From Macrostomum lignano (taxonomy: Eukaryota): a stretch of 64,000 nucleotides of DNA. The stretch is from the NCBI GenBank assembly GCA_002269645.1, contig NIVC01003274.1:113590-177589 (forward strand). The letters run 5' to 3'. The notes under the pieces are model-generated. The model saw only the letters and a program-made list of their open reading frames with translations. It was not told where the DNA came from and did not search any database. Each line of letters opens with the position of its first letter. Positions within the stretch are counted from its first letter, which is position 1. Positions 16,859 to 27,833 of the stretch are shown here, piece by piece. A program made the translations under genes and the position numbers.

Positions 16859-19564
16859 TCAGTAATAAGTCAATCGTTCCGGAGGTCGCCTGACTCGCGT
16901 GCTCCTACGGAACTCGAGCACACCGTGTTCCTTGTGCCTAGACGACTGCATTGCATGGCGCATTGGACTTGTGGTAGCACTGTCTTGGCACGTAGTTGCA
17001 TCAGTATCACGAGGGGTGATCCCAGACTGCTTCGAATCATCAATCGGTAGTTCCTCTGTACGAGCAGTAGCATCGGACTGGTGCACTAGTCGTCTTTCTG
17101 CGTCTCGGAAAGTATTTGTACCAACTGTAGACTTCAGCTCAGAGGGGACCCGTTGCTCCTTGTGCTCCACACGCACGAAAACAGGAACTGGCTCTTGAAC
17201 CGGCCTCGTCCTCTCTGTACAAATGGCTGATAGACGTGTTCGGGGCGACTGCTGAAACACCAGAAGTGCCGGAATTGAACCATTGCAGTGAGGAGTCGTA
17301 TTCTGAAACAGGCAGAATCCTGCTAAATGCCTTTCCAGCTCAGAAAGATTGGCACCAGCGTTTAACTTTCTTAAATAAAACTTCAATTCTTCAATGACTC
17401 TCTCCACCTGACCGTTGGACTGATGATGTCCTGGGGGAGTAAGTGTGTGGTCGATGTAGTTCTCTCGCAGGAAAGTGACGAAATCTTCTGCCACAAAAGT
17501 TCCACCATTGTCCGAAACCAGATTTTTCGGCAATCCGGTATACTTGAACGTTTTTCTCAGCGCACTGATGACAATGGATGCTTTCATTGACGGCACGGAC
17601 TGTACATCTACCCATTTTGAAAATGCGTCAACCAGGACAAGGAAGCGTTGACCTTTGAAAGTAGCGATGTCAACGTGAACTCTCTCGAAGAAACTTTTTG
17701 TCTCCGGCCATGACGACAGATTTGCATTGCTTCTTTTCCTAGCATGTAGCTGGCATTGAACACAACGTTGAACGAATGCATTGATTTGAGCATCTATATC
17801 GGGCCACCAGAAGTACTGTCTGGATAGACGTAGCATCCTCACGATGCCGGGGTGGTCCTCGTGAAGCATCTGAAGAATTTCGCTTCTCAGGCTAGAGGGT
17901 GGGACGATGCGCAATCCTTTGAAAATCACTCCGTTTTGGAGTGTGTATTCCAACTTATTGCGTGAATATGGCAGCATAGCTGGTGGTGGATAAGCAGGCC
18001 AGCCGTCTTGAATGTACTTCTTGAGCATGTCCAACTTGTAATCTTTAGTTCGCACGATCCTCTGCAGTAGCTGTTCGGGGTTTCCGAAACCCTCCAGTGC
18101 ATTGATTTCTAAGAGGTTGATCTTCTGATCCGCTGAATCCGACTGCAATGGAAGTCTAGACAAAGTGTCTGCAGCGTACATCGTTTCACCCTTGACGTAC
18201 ATCACATTGTAATCGTAAGCTCTTAACAGTAATGCCCATCGCTGAATCCTTGCTGAAACTCGCTCGGAGACCTTGTTCGGATTAAATATGTACTGAAGCG
18301 GTCGGTGATCAGAAATGATGGTAAATTTTCGACCCGCGAGGTACTGATAAAAGTATCTGGTCCCTTCGACGATCGCTAACGCCTCCCGCTCAATGTTAGC
18401 GTAGTTGCTCTCCGCTGGAGTCAGGACTCGGCTGCCTAGCCAGACAACCTGTCGTTGCATTGGATCATGAGCTAGAACGTACCCGAGGCCATCCTTAGAG
18501 GCGTCACAAATCAAGTACAACGGTTTCGTAATGTCGTATGCGGTTATCACACCGCCTGCAATAATGCTCTTCAGCTTGTCGAATGCCGCAGACTGCTCTC
18601 CATGCCAACTCCAGTGAACTCCTTTCTTCAGCAGCTGATATAACGGTCGTGCAATCATTGAAAAGTTCTTGCAGAAGACGCCATAGTGTCGGAAGGTGCA
18701 CAGAGCGCTGCGCAGTTGGTCTTTGTCTTTTGGATATGGTAACCTCTTCCACGCCTCCATTCGTGCTGGGTCGGGGTGCATGCCTCCATCGCGCAAAATG
18801 AAGCCAAGAAATCGAACTTCTCTACGACATTCTTGAGACTTTCTCTGGTTAATCTTGAACCCGCAGTTTGCCAAACGATCCTTGACTTGACGAACCAGCT
18901 GCATGTGTTTTTCGGCTGAATCCTCAGGAGTCCCAACAATGATGTCATCCTGAAATGAGGCTGTAAATGGTACATCCCGAAGAACTTCGTCCATGATTTC
19001 CTGAAATATTAGAGGCGCCGCGGAAATCCCGAATTGTAGATATCTGAATGCAAAGAATCCCATGTGAGTAGAAATGCATGTGAGCTCTTGGCTCTCAGGG
19101 GATAGAGCCACCTGTAAGAAGGCCTGTTCTAAGTCTAGGACCGTATAGAATTTAGCGTTGGGAATCTTAGCCAGGATCTCCTCCATCTTCGGAAACCTGT
19201 ACTTGTCCACGTCAATAAGACGATTGAGCGTCATAGAGTAGTCGCCACACAGTCGAATAGGTCTTACTGATCCCTCGGGCTTGACCACTGGGACTATTGG
19301 CGCTGCAACAGTAGGATTCTTGACTGAATAGATGATTCCTGAAGCAAGAAGTCTTCTTAGTTCGGTTTCTACCATAGACTTCATGGAGAAAGGAAGTGAG
19401 CGAGCAGGAAATCGCATGCCTTCCATACTCACCCCGGAACGTAAGCGAAAGCTGGCAATGAAGTTTGAGTTTTGATCTTGGACGACTGGTAGGCACTTGT
19501 GTTCATTCGACACTCGAACCGCTTGATCCATTCGCACTAGGTCTAGGGACGGTATGAAGTTCAT
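16859..19564 (-). CDS. pol: Pol: reverse transcriptase, RNase H and integrase of the gypsy element
   Basis: 901-aa ORF with YTVLDLEQAF, FQDDII (RT), CDASKDGLG and YANIEREALA (RNase H), HPGIVRM..CVQC (HHCC) and RVHVD..LVSDNG..GQVER (DDE integrase). Confidence 0.93.
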   Translation of the reverse strand: MNFIPSLDLVRMDQAVRVSNEHKCLPVVQDQNSNFIASFRLRSGVSMEGMRFPARSLPFSMKSMVETELRRLLASGIIYSVKNPTVAAPIVPVVKPEGSVRPIRLCGDYSMTLNRLIDVDKYRFPKMEEILAKIPNAKFYTVLDLEQAFLQVALSPESQELTCISTHMGFFAFRYLQFGISAAPLIFQEIMDEVLRDVPFTASFQDDIIVGTPEDSAEKHMQLVRQVKDRLANCGFKINQRKSQECRREVRFLGFILRDGGMHPDPARMEAWKRLPYPKDKDQLRSALCTFRHYGVFCKNFSMIARPLYQLLKKGVHWSWHGEQSAAFDKLKSIIAGGVITAYDITKPLYLICDASKDGLGYVLAHDPMQRQVVWLGSRVLTPAESNYANIEREALAIVEGTRYFYQYLAGRKFTIISDHRPLQYIFNPNKVSERVSARIQRWALLLRAYDYNVMYVKGETMYAADTLSRLPLQSDSADQKINLLEINALEGFGNPEQLLQRIVRTKDYKLDMLKKYIQDGWPAYPPPAMLPYSRNKLEYTLQNGVIFKGLRIVPPSSLRSEILQMLHEDHPGIVRMLRLSRQYFWWPDIDAQINAFVQRCVQCQLHARKRSNANLSSWPETKSFFERVHVDIATFKGQRFLVLVDAFSKWVDVQSVPSMKASIVISALRKTFKYTGLPKNLVSDNGGTFVAEDFVTFLRENYIDHTLTPPGHHQSNGQVERVIEELKFYLRKLNAGANLSELERHLAGFCLFQNTTPHCNGSIPALLVFQQSPRTRLSAICTERTRPVQEPVPVFVRVEHKEQRVPSELKSTVGTNTFRDAERRLVHQSDATARTEELPIDDSKQSGITPRDTDATTCQDSATTSPMRHAMQSSRHKEHGVLEFRRSTRVRRPPERLTYY

Positions 19565-19643
19565 GCCCAGAATAGCTGTTGTATCATGACCGACGTAGAT
19601 GTTTTCTGAAGCAGACTTGCCACCAATAACCTGTAGCTTTGCC

Positions 19644-20717
19644 TCATAGATGACAGAAGTGACCGTAGCTTGAAAACCTCCGTAAGATCTTAGTTTTTTG
19701 GCTAACTGGCTGTAACTCTAAGCCTGAGCTCTTGGCGATTTGATCCGGAACCACGGTTACTTGGCTGCCGGTGTCCACAAGCATTTTGACTTCGGTTTTT
19801 CCTAGACGACACCGAACAAACCACTGATCTGAGTAACCCGTTTTTGGCTGTCTAACCGCATGAATGAGTTCCAGATGGTAAGAGCTAGTGTTCCCTGGTG
19901 AAGGGCTGCAGCTTGGCATTCGTTGGATTGCGTTCATAGCCTTTGATCTGCACACGGTAGCTAGATGTCCTACCTTGCCGCATTTATGGCACTTGGCTTC
20001 TCGGAACCTGCATGCTGATCGTAGATGTCTCGATTTCCCACAGGTGTGACACTTTGCTGTTTTACCTTTAGGTTTGCCGCTCGACTGATTATGCAGATGT
20101 CCCTGAGGTTGCTTGAATGAGACAGAGCGTTGGGCACTGCAGCTTCTTGGTCTCGAGAATGTCCCAGCATTCTGCACATTAGCGATAGTTTCCGGCTTGT
20201 CTGTAGCAGTTGCAATTGACTCGGTCATGAGTCCCTCTTGAATAGCATCATTAAGCTCAAGCGTGCCTTTGGATAGCAGTTTTTGCCGCAGATTCTGACT
20301 ACGAAGTCCGAAGATGAACTGAGACAGGATCAGGTCTTTGCGCAATTCACCATATTGGCACTTGTTCGCCTGTTGCTTGAGCCATGCAACGAAATTTGTA
20401 ATGCTCTCCGCGTCCTTTTGAACAGTAGAATGGAACACATGTCGCTCATAGTGAAGCAGAACTTTCGGTTTGAAGTGCTCGAGCAAAGTGTCCTGAATCG
20501 ACTTGAACGTAACACCGGCCTTGGTGATGTCTTCTGGTTTTATCAGCTCCTCCACCAGATTGAATGCAGATTCACCGCAGGTAGCCAGTAGGACTGCTTT
20601 AGCTTGCTCATTCTTCTCAGTTGCCTCCAGGTAGAACAGAAGTCGTTTGAAGTATTGTTCTATCTCTGGGTAAGAAAGTGGCATCTCACCAAGACGGTAC
20701 TCCATTGACTGAGCCAT
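19644..20717 (-). CDS. gag: Gag with two CCHC zinc knuckles plus the N-terminal half of the aspartic protease
   Basis: CHTCGKSRHLRSAC and CHKCGKVGHLATVC knuckles; LVDTGS protease active site. Separated from pol by a 1-nt frameshift near 19695. Confidence 0.9.
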   Translation of the reverse strand: MAQSMEYRLGEMPLSYPEIEQYFKRLLFYLEATEKNEQAKAVLLATCGESAFNLVEELIKPEDITKAGVTFKSIQDTLLEHFKPKVLLHYERHVFHSTVQKDAESITNFVAWLKQQANKCQYGELRKDLILSQFIFGLRSQNLRQKLLSKGTLELNDAIQEGLMTESIATATDKPETIANVQNAGTFSRPRSCSAQRSVSFKQPQGHLHNQSSGKPKGKTAKCHTCGKSRHLRSACRFREAKCHKCGKVGHLATVCRSKAMNAIQRMPSCSPSPGNTSSYHLELIHAVRQPKTGYSDQWFVRCRLGKTEVKMLVDTGSQVTVVPDQIAKSSGLELQPVSQKTKILRRFSSYGHFCHL

Positions 20718-21312
20718 TTTGAGGACAGCAGGTGCGGAATTTTCCTCGACCCTCAGTTGCTTTTTATCCTCGTCGCCATGTTTTGTTTGAAGGACGCCAA
20801 GTCAATGAATTATGGTAGTTTGAAATTAAGCTATATTTTAGCGGCAGCGCGCTCCTAGGGTCTTTTGCTCCTAAATGAAAAGATTCGAAGCTTAGCAAAC
20901 AAAGGAGAGTACCGTATCGCGTCGCATAAACCATAGACTATTTTCGAAGTAAAAGTCTATACTTTGCAGTAGTCATAGCAATACGCAACAATTCTGATGC
21001 TTAATACTGTCCAGTACTGATTTATCACTTTGTGCACTACTTAATAGCTCTGATTCTTATCGTTTTTAGAGTAGTAAAAATTGTGAAAAGTAAAAATTAA
21101 ATTTTTTTGTGGCTATAGAATTTTACTTTTTTAAGCGACTTATTGAAGCGGCCCTTTCTCTGGTGCTATTCCAGTTCAAACTTTGCTTCTTTAACAATAA
21201 TTAAACTCGATTTTGAGTAACTCCCTATTTTGATTAATAAAACAATGTGCATTATTTTTATTTATTCTCAAAAAATTAATCATAAAAGGTAGGCATCAAT
21301 GGTAAGTTATCT

Positions 21313-21765
21313 CTAAAATTCAATATGTGCCCCAGATCTTTCCACCAGCTGCTGCAAACGTTCAGGAATGGCATCCACTGACTTTCTCAGAAACTCCGCT
21401 GGGATGGTGGACATGACTCCCCTAATTCGATCCTCCAGTTCTTCGAGTGTCGTTGGTTTGGAGCGGTAGACTTCTTCCTTTACCCAACCCCAAAGAAAAA
21501 AGTCGCAGGGTGTCAAATCCGGGCTCCTGGATGGCCATTCATGTGGACCACGACGTCCCAACCAACGCCCCGGAAAGCGAGCATCCAGCGCTCCTGAAGT
21601 GTTAACTGCTGAGCCATGTTACAGTTTTATCTGAAATAAAAAACAAAACTATCAATAAAATTGTAGCCTTTGAGAGAATTAATCATAAAAATATGACAAT
21701 GCAGTAACAAATTATATACAATTTATAAGTAATTTAAAATAGAGAGTTACTTTCCGCCCACCCTG
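21313..21765 (-). mobile_element. Internally deleted Tc1/mariner-family DNA transposon remnant
   Basis: TA + CAGGGTGGGCGGAAAG terminus at 21765. Start MAQQLTLQER (ATG at 21617) is fused to the transposase C-terminus WPSRSPDLTPCDFFLWGWVKEEVY..GAHIEF. The opposite TIR is degraded. Confidence 0.85.
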
Positions 21766-22595
21766 TATATATTTTTCCGAGTCAAAATTCAGTCAACCTG
21801 TTTGTTTTCTGATGCTAGCTAACAGTTTAAAGAAGTTTTCGAAGAACAAGTGCAATTCTTTATATATGTAGGCCCTATGTACCTCTGAAATGGTGAATTG
21901 ATAGATGTGGTCTTTGGTTGCGGTCGGGTTTTTCGTTAAGAGTAGACTTATTACTCGTAGTAGGCTTAGTACCAGGTAGGTTGATAATATTGATTTTTGT
22001 ACTTCCAGTAGCAGAGGCCCTGCAATGAGATTCTGGGAAATAGCTATGTACTCCAAGGATCATAAGCCAGGCAGTATGTCATAGTCTAGCTGAACAGGTT
22101 ACTAATATCTCAAGCGGACTGATTCATGATTCATGCTATGCAGTTTCTAGCGATCAACCGAATTCTTGATCGCTTATGTAGATGTAACATTAATCATATT
22201 CTACGAGCCATTTTAAGAATTTTTAGATTTGCAAGCGCATGTCGTTACCTTCATACTAGCCGAACAAAAACAATTTGTATTCCGTGTACATGAAAGTCGC
22301 TTTGTAGGTTGTTACTATACTCACATGGGTTTTTACTTGTAATTTCGCTTTACTCTTATCCCTTCCGCTCAGAAATTTGCAGCCTAGAAGTACGCATTTT
22401 GCTGAAATTGAGACTGAAGGGTAGAATTTTTGTATAAATTGCAGGAAAGCCACATACTGATACATGTACTTGAATTAGAAAAAAAGTTAATGGTTAAAGT
22501 CAGTACCAAATAAAATAAAAAATTACTAAAAATTAATTCGATTCAATTACGTTTCTAGTTCTTTAGTATAGCTTCATAGCTTGAATAGTTTTGCA

Positions 22596-24292
22596 ATGTC
22601 TGATAAGTTGAACAATGGAAATTTCAAACTTTCTTTTGCGCTTCTGCATGTGAAAGTCTTCATCTTGTTGTTATTGGTTTCAAAGTAAGAACCGAACAAA
22701 ATACTTTTTTTTAAATATTGCATCCGATTGGACGTCAAACCTTATTGTGCCGAATTTCAGACACCATGCCGCAAATCACTATTGTGTGAGCGGACTGACG
22801 CTGAGTCTGCGACTCGACGATTTCTACCACAGAGACGAGCTCATCATTCCGCAACTGACAGATGAGTCTGAGCGAAGTTTGATAAAGCACAGGACCTGTA
22901 AGTGGGCCGTCAAAGCGGACTCCCGAAGGAGGGATCTTCAACTCGTGCTGGAAGGGCGACCAGCTGGTTCTGGGAAAAACCCTGTCAGTTTAAACATTCA
23001 CTACTCGCCAGGTTCAAGAGGATGGGCGGCTGTGTCGCCTGGAATGTTTCGAGTACGAGTATTTCCGTTGGCAAAGGGGCAAGTTTTATTTTGCTGACGT
23101 CATACAGTGTTTGCATGTAGCAGGTCAGACCTATATAGATAAACGGCATAGCACATGCTAAATATAGAGCTTTGCTTTAATTTTGCTTAAAACGCGTGTA
23201 ATAAAAGTGAGCCACTAAACACGTCATACAAACAAAATAATGTCTTGCTTGGTGCCTTAGGATGATATCGATTCTAATGAAAATTTTCTTTCCAGCAATC
23301 AGTTCAATGTGGAGACAAACTGGGATACGAGATACCAGAATAGAAGCATGTCAAACCTGAGGATCGTCCTGCCACTTCCCGGGTTTTGCAGCCGGGAAAT
23401 GCTCAGCTTCAATAGAAAATGCTACGCCGTGAGCTCAGCAAAGCAGAATGCTTCAGCCGCAATGTCCAGCATTGAAGGCGACGCTCAGCTGGCCAGCTTC
23501 TCCAGCATGGCTGAGATCAGCGACTTCATTGCTGCCAGTGAGTGAGCATCGTCTTAGATTAAAATATAGGCTATGATTTCGAAATTCAATAATACTGTTT
23601 TCATCATTTCAGACACCGAAAAGCTGCAGGAGTTTCCCTACAGGCGGCCCCTGAGCCTGGGCCAGCCGGTCCGTCTCGGGATGTTTCTGAACGCATCCGC
23701 TGCCACAGTGCTGTCCTTTGTCAAAAGTGACAGCGGTTGCCTGCTGCTACAGCCTGTGACAGATTTCAAGGACTTTCTGTAAACTTTTACTTTATCTTTA
23801 TTTTGTTCTTAAAAATGAAAGAATGACAGAAAGAGTATTAATAATTTTTCTTCAGACTATCGGACAAAGTGGCGGGACCATGCGTGTCGCTGAGTGTGAC
23901 CGAGTCAGAAACAGCGGTTGTCGAGCTCGTTAACTGCAGCAGCCCGATGCTGTCGCTGCTGAGCTTCCCGGAGACTGCGCGCTCCGTGCCAAGCTCAGTG
24001 AAGTGCAGGGATATGGAGCTTGAGAATCTTATTCGTCTGAAAAGCTGTCATCAAGAAACAGCCTCAGCTACTTCCACAGTAACTGTCAATGCTCCAATAC
24101 AACCCGTTTTTTTTCGACGAATCCCATGCCTCAGATTTTAGTTTTCAAATCCTGATTTTGGCCTTGTGTTTGACTTTCCTGCTGATTTCGGGCATCGCAT
24201 ACTTTGTTGTCGCAAAGTCGGACTCTAGCAATACTCGCGAAGTTCTCAAAGTATTTGTTCGCCGAGATCTTAAAGGCATTGAAAATTTATAA
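22596..24292 (+). CDS. Family A copy A2 (TM segment out of frame at a T8 run)
   Basis: Exons 22596-22684, 22761-23078 (GC donor), 23296-23537, 23613-23778 and 23856-24292. Removing one T from 24107-24114 joins the stalk to the TM QILILALCLTFLLISGIAYFVVA. Confidence 0.78.
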
Positions 24293-25926
24293 TCTATACG
24301 AAGAAGAAACTTGCTGCATTTTTACTAACGGCGTAGCTGTGATGGCTAAATAAATTCAGTAGGTGAGCCTAGTCGTCCGAGTACTGTAGACTAGAGAATC
24401 AAACTTCTACCCGAGATCCCTAGCTCGTCAGCCGCAAAACTAATCTTGTCTAGGTATAGTAGCTCTATGCAGCGTCTCTAAAAATAATAAATGTTATTTT
24501 TGCTTCTGAACCTTTATCAATTCACATGATGATGTCTTTTTTAATGATAGCAAGTACATAGTAATTAAACAAATTGCAAAATTTAAATACAATTTAAATT
24601 GTTTACGCTGCGGTCTGGGATTCTTGTTACTATGGCTCTGACTATGATTTCTATGACGAGTAGTTTGAGCCAAAATAACTGAGACGGCCGATTTCAGCTA
24701 AATCTGATCTGGAGATGTTTGAGAACGGGTGCTCTTTGCTAGATTGACTGAGTCAGTCTGCTAAATCTGAGTAGTTCGGTTATCTTCTGAAAGTGTCTAT
24801 TCAGGTCGGAGATTACTTAGTGCAATAGAGCTAGGGCGAGAGAGCGAGAATCTTACGTGTCCAGTCCTATTCTTTGTAAAAACAACTAAAAGCACAGATT
24901 AGCCATTGATGCTGTCTGCAGCAGCCACGCTGTTTTACGTCGCAATTAACATTTTCATCTCTCTGTCAGTTTTCTGCATACATTTTTGTCTCTGCAGTGC
25001 ATGATAATCTGGATAGCTAGAGTGTTGCGGTCTATATGTACAGATAAAGCATAGACTTGAGTCTTATTTAACTGTGCAAGTACTCATTTGTGGCTAAGTA
25101 TCTTAAGTTTAATTATTTTGTCGCACCTACAAACTAAAATTGTCTTCTCAACAGGGCAAGACTGAATCTGGAGCTAAATTTTAACCGGTGGGAATTCCAA
25201 AGATTGGCCAAGGGAATACCATACTAATTTAGATATATATAGAAGGCATAGAAGGCATATATGCATGTAATACCTTCGAATTGTCTTATCTTTTCTTCTT
25301 TTCTAATTGCACTAGTTGGTTAAATCTCAGAGTTTTGAAAACACAAGCCCTAACTAGAAAGCGACATGCCTGAAGAAGTTGGCAGATCACTGTGGTCAGC
25401 ATCAGTTCTACTTCTCTGCTTGTTCTCAGTCTGCAAACTCAAACCGTAAGTTTTAAGTTTTAGAAAAGCTCTTTTCACTTTAACTGTTGCTGAGAAGCTT
25501 GAAGGAGCGAATATTTTGTCGAAAAAAAACATTAACCTATTTTACTTATGATAACATTTGGATATGTTTTTACATAGTCGGACGCTTGAACTAACTTCTG
25601 ACAAATTACGAGTATCTTTACATCCCCGAATTCATTCACTTTTAATGGCTATAGTTTCCGTCTGCGCACGTAGTTTTAACGCAAGAGGTGGCTAAAAATT
25701 AGAAAACCAAGCTGATGAACGAGCAGAAGTAAATTTTTGTGATTTCTTAGAATCTGTCGTACACGTACGTGCATGGAACTCGAAATAATATGAGGTACGC
25801 GCTATAACAAAAAAAAGTTAAATTCCAATTTCATGCATACAAAAGCAAACAAAAAAGATGGATGCCGATGGATATCGATCGTTATAAAATTTAGAAAAAA
25901 CCAACCTGCTCGTCAAAATCTGACAG

Positions 25927-27398
25927 GTGCCTATCAGAGAATCATTACTGCCCAATGGCCACCGAAGTTACGGTTCTACTTGACGATTACAGCCACAGAA
26001 ATGCGACATTCATTCCGAGAAGTCAAGATGGAATTAACGATGGTCCTATTGGCTGCAAGTGGACCGTTAAAATCAACGCGCCAGAAAATCAGCAAGTTTT
26101 GGTGCAAAGACTTCCTGGAATTTCAGATAAAAATCCCAAAAAGCCAAATTCTAGCCTCCTGCAGAACTAATTCATCTCTAACAAAAAAGGAATTAACGAC
26201 GAGATACGTAGCGCTTCATTTTCTGTGCATTCAGCGCAAAAAAGGTAAGCATAGTACGAAAAACTCCTGTAAAAACCCATTTCTTAAAAAATTTAACTCA
26301 TACATTTTTCTTGTCATAATTTAGAAGCAAGTTTGACGTTTTAATCACTTGGGAGTCGGACAGCTTACAGCCTTACGGCGATATGGACAATGTTAGAGTC
26401 ATGCTACCAATACCCGGATACTGCAGTCGCACCATGCTGGCCTTCAATAGCAGCTGCTATGCTATGAGTGCAGTTGAACAAAATGTTACCGACGCCATGT
26501 CCAGCGTCAGGGGCGATGCTCAGCTGGCCAGCTTCTCCAGCATGACTGACATCACGGAGTTTGTTGCAGCCAGTGAGAAAATGTTTGGTTCAAATGTCAG
26601 AGCCGGTGTTTTATTTCAATTATTGTACGCATTAAAAAATAAAAAATAACTTTTTCAGACAAAGCAAGAGCAAATGAGTATCCATGCAGACGGCCTCTCC
26701 ATCTGAGCCAGCGGGTCCGTCTCGGCATGTTTCTCGACTCATCCGATGCGACAGTGCTCTCCATGGTCAGGAGTGACAACGGCTGCCTGCTGAAGCCCGT
26801 ATCTAACTTGGATGAATTCAGGTGAGACTCAAGCTCAATTATTGATTTACTCGCATATTCAATTGTAATAAAATGTGTCTTCGAAACTTTTTTCAGAGTA
26901 ACTGGCGGAGTGACAGGTTCATGCCTGTCTCTCAGAGTGACCGAGTCAGACATGGTGAAAGTCGAGCTCGACGACTGCAGCAGGCCGATGCTGTCGCTGC
27001 TGAGCTTCCCGGAGACTGCGCGCTCCATGCCGAGCTCAGCGCACTGCAATGGCAGGGAGCTGATTGACCGGATCGACCATCTGCTCAGTCCTGCTGCAAG
27101 TCTGTTCTCTACTAGTTCGAGAACTTCTGCTGTCACGACTAGTCCAGTTAATAAAGCTGCAGCCATACGATTTGACTTCATTGTTTCTGGTTTTGTGGGC
27201 CTGGGACTTCTAATTTGTGTCGCAGCCGTTTTGATATACTTTTGCTTGAAGCGTCGTTCTGGTCGAAATGCTCAACATGATGGACCCGGAGAACAACCAG
27301 CCACTCAAAATATGCAGAACAATGAGCTACCACTACTGAGACGTAAATCAAATCAAGTTGCAGAGTCTACTACAGATCAGCAAGAAAGTTTAGTGTAA
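25927..27398 (+). pseudogene. Family A copy A3 with an in-frame TAA in the CUB-like exon; signal exon not located
   Basis: Exons 25927-26244 (TAA at 26168-26170, reading frame continues to the normal phase-2 donor), 26325-26572, 26659-26821 and 26897-27398 (TM, tail ending ESLV). Confidence 0.72.
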
Positions 27399-27833
27399 CA
27401 TCGAAATTCAGTCGAAATTTGGAAAGATTCGTACTCTTGCACGGCATACCAATCGAGAGTCAACAACGAACATCACTTTTCACTTTACATGTTCACATAT
27501 GAATATTCGCATTTAGTTACATTGCGGAACAATTGTATTACCGTGCGAATGACGAAAAATATGAGTACAAGGTACGTAGATAGAATACAGAGGCGAAAAT
27601 ATTAGGCAGCTACGAGCTATTTTTAGCTATGACAAAGTTCCATACAGCTGTAACTATGGGAATGTGTCATAAATGTCTATAGAAATTACTTCACGCAAGC
27701 TTGTACCTGAAAATGATGTACAATGTACTTTTGTATTTTGTTCCTAATAGAAGGTATCAAAATGCTCATATAAATGAGTACCATGATTTTTCAAACATCA
27801 TCCTAGAAACGAAAAGCATCAGTGACACTCGAC

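Larger units (their letters stand above)
16598..20990 (-). mobile_element. Full-length Ty3/gypsy LTR retrotransposon (Mag/K02A2.6-like), recent insertion
   Basis: 212-bp LTRs at 16598-16809 and 20779-20990 (TG..CA, 2 mismatches). 5-bp TSD ATTCT at 16593-16597 and 20991-20995. PBS TGGCGACGAGGAT (20766-20778) complementary to a tRNA-Ser(GCT)-type 3' end. Short PPT at 16810-16817. Confidence 0.97.

Noticed and set aside
19680-19710. Programmed ribosomal frameshift between gag and pol
   Set aside because: The break lies inside the protease domain, and Mag-type elements normally have one ORF, so a mutation or assembly indel is more likely.
16870-20591. Small ORFs overlapping gag/pol in other frames or antisense (also within 57365-61177)
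   Set aside because: They are shadow ORFs of retrotransposon coding sequence with no independent motifs.
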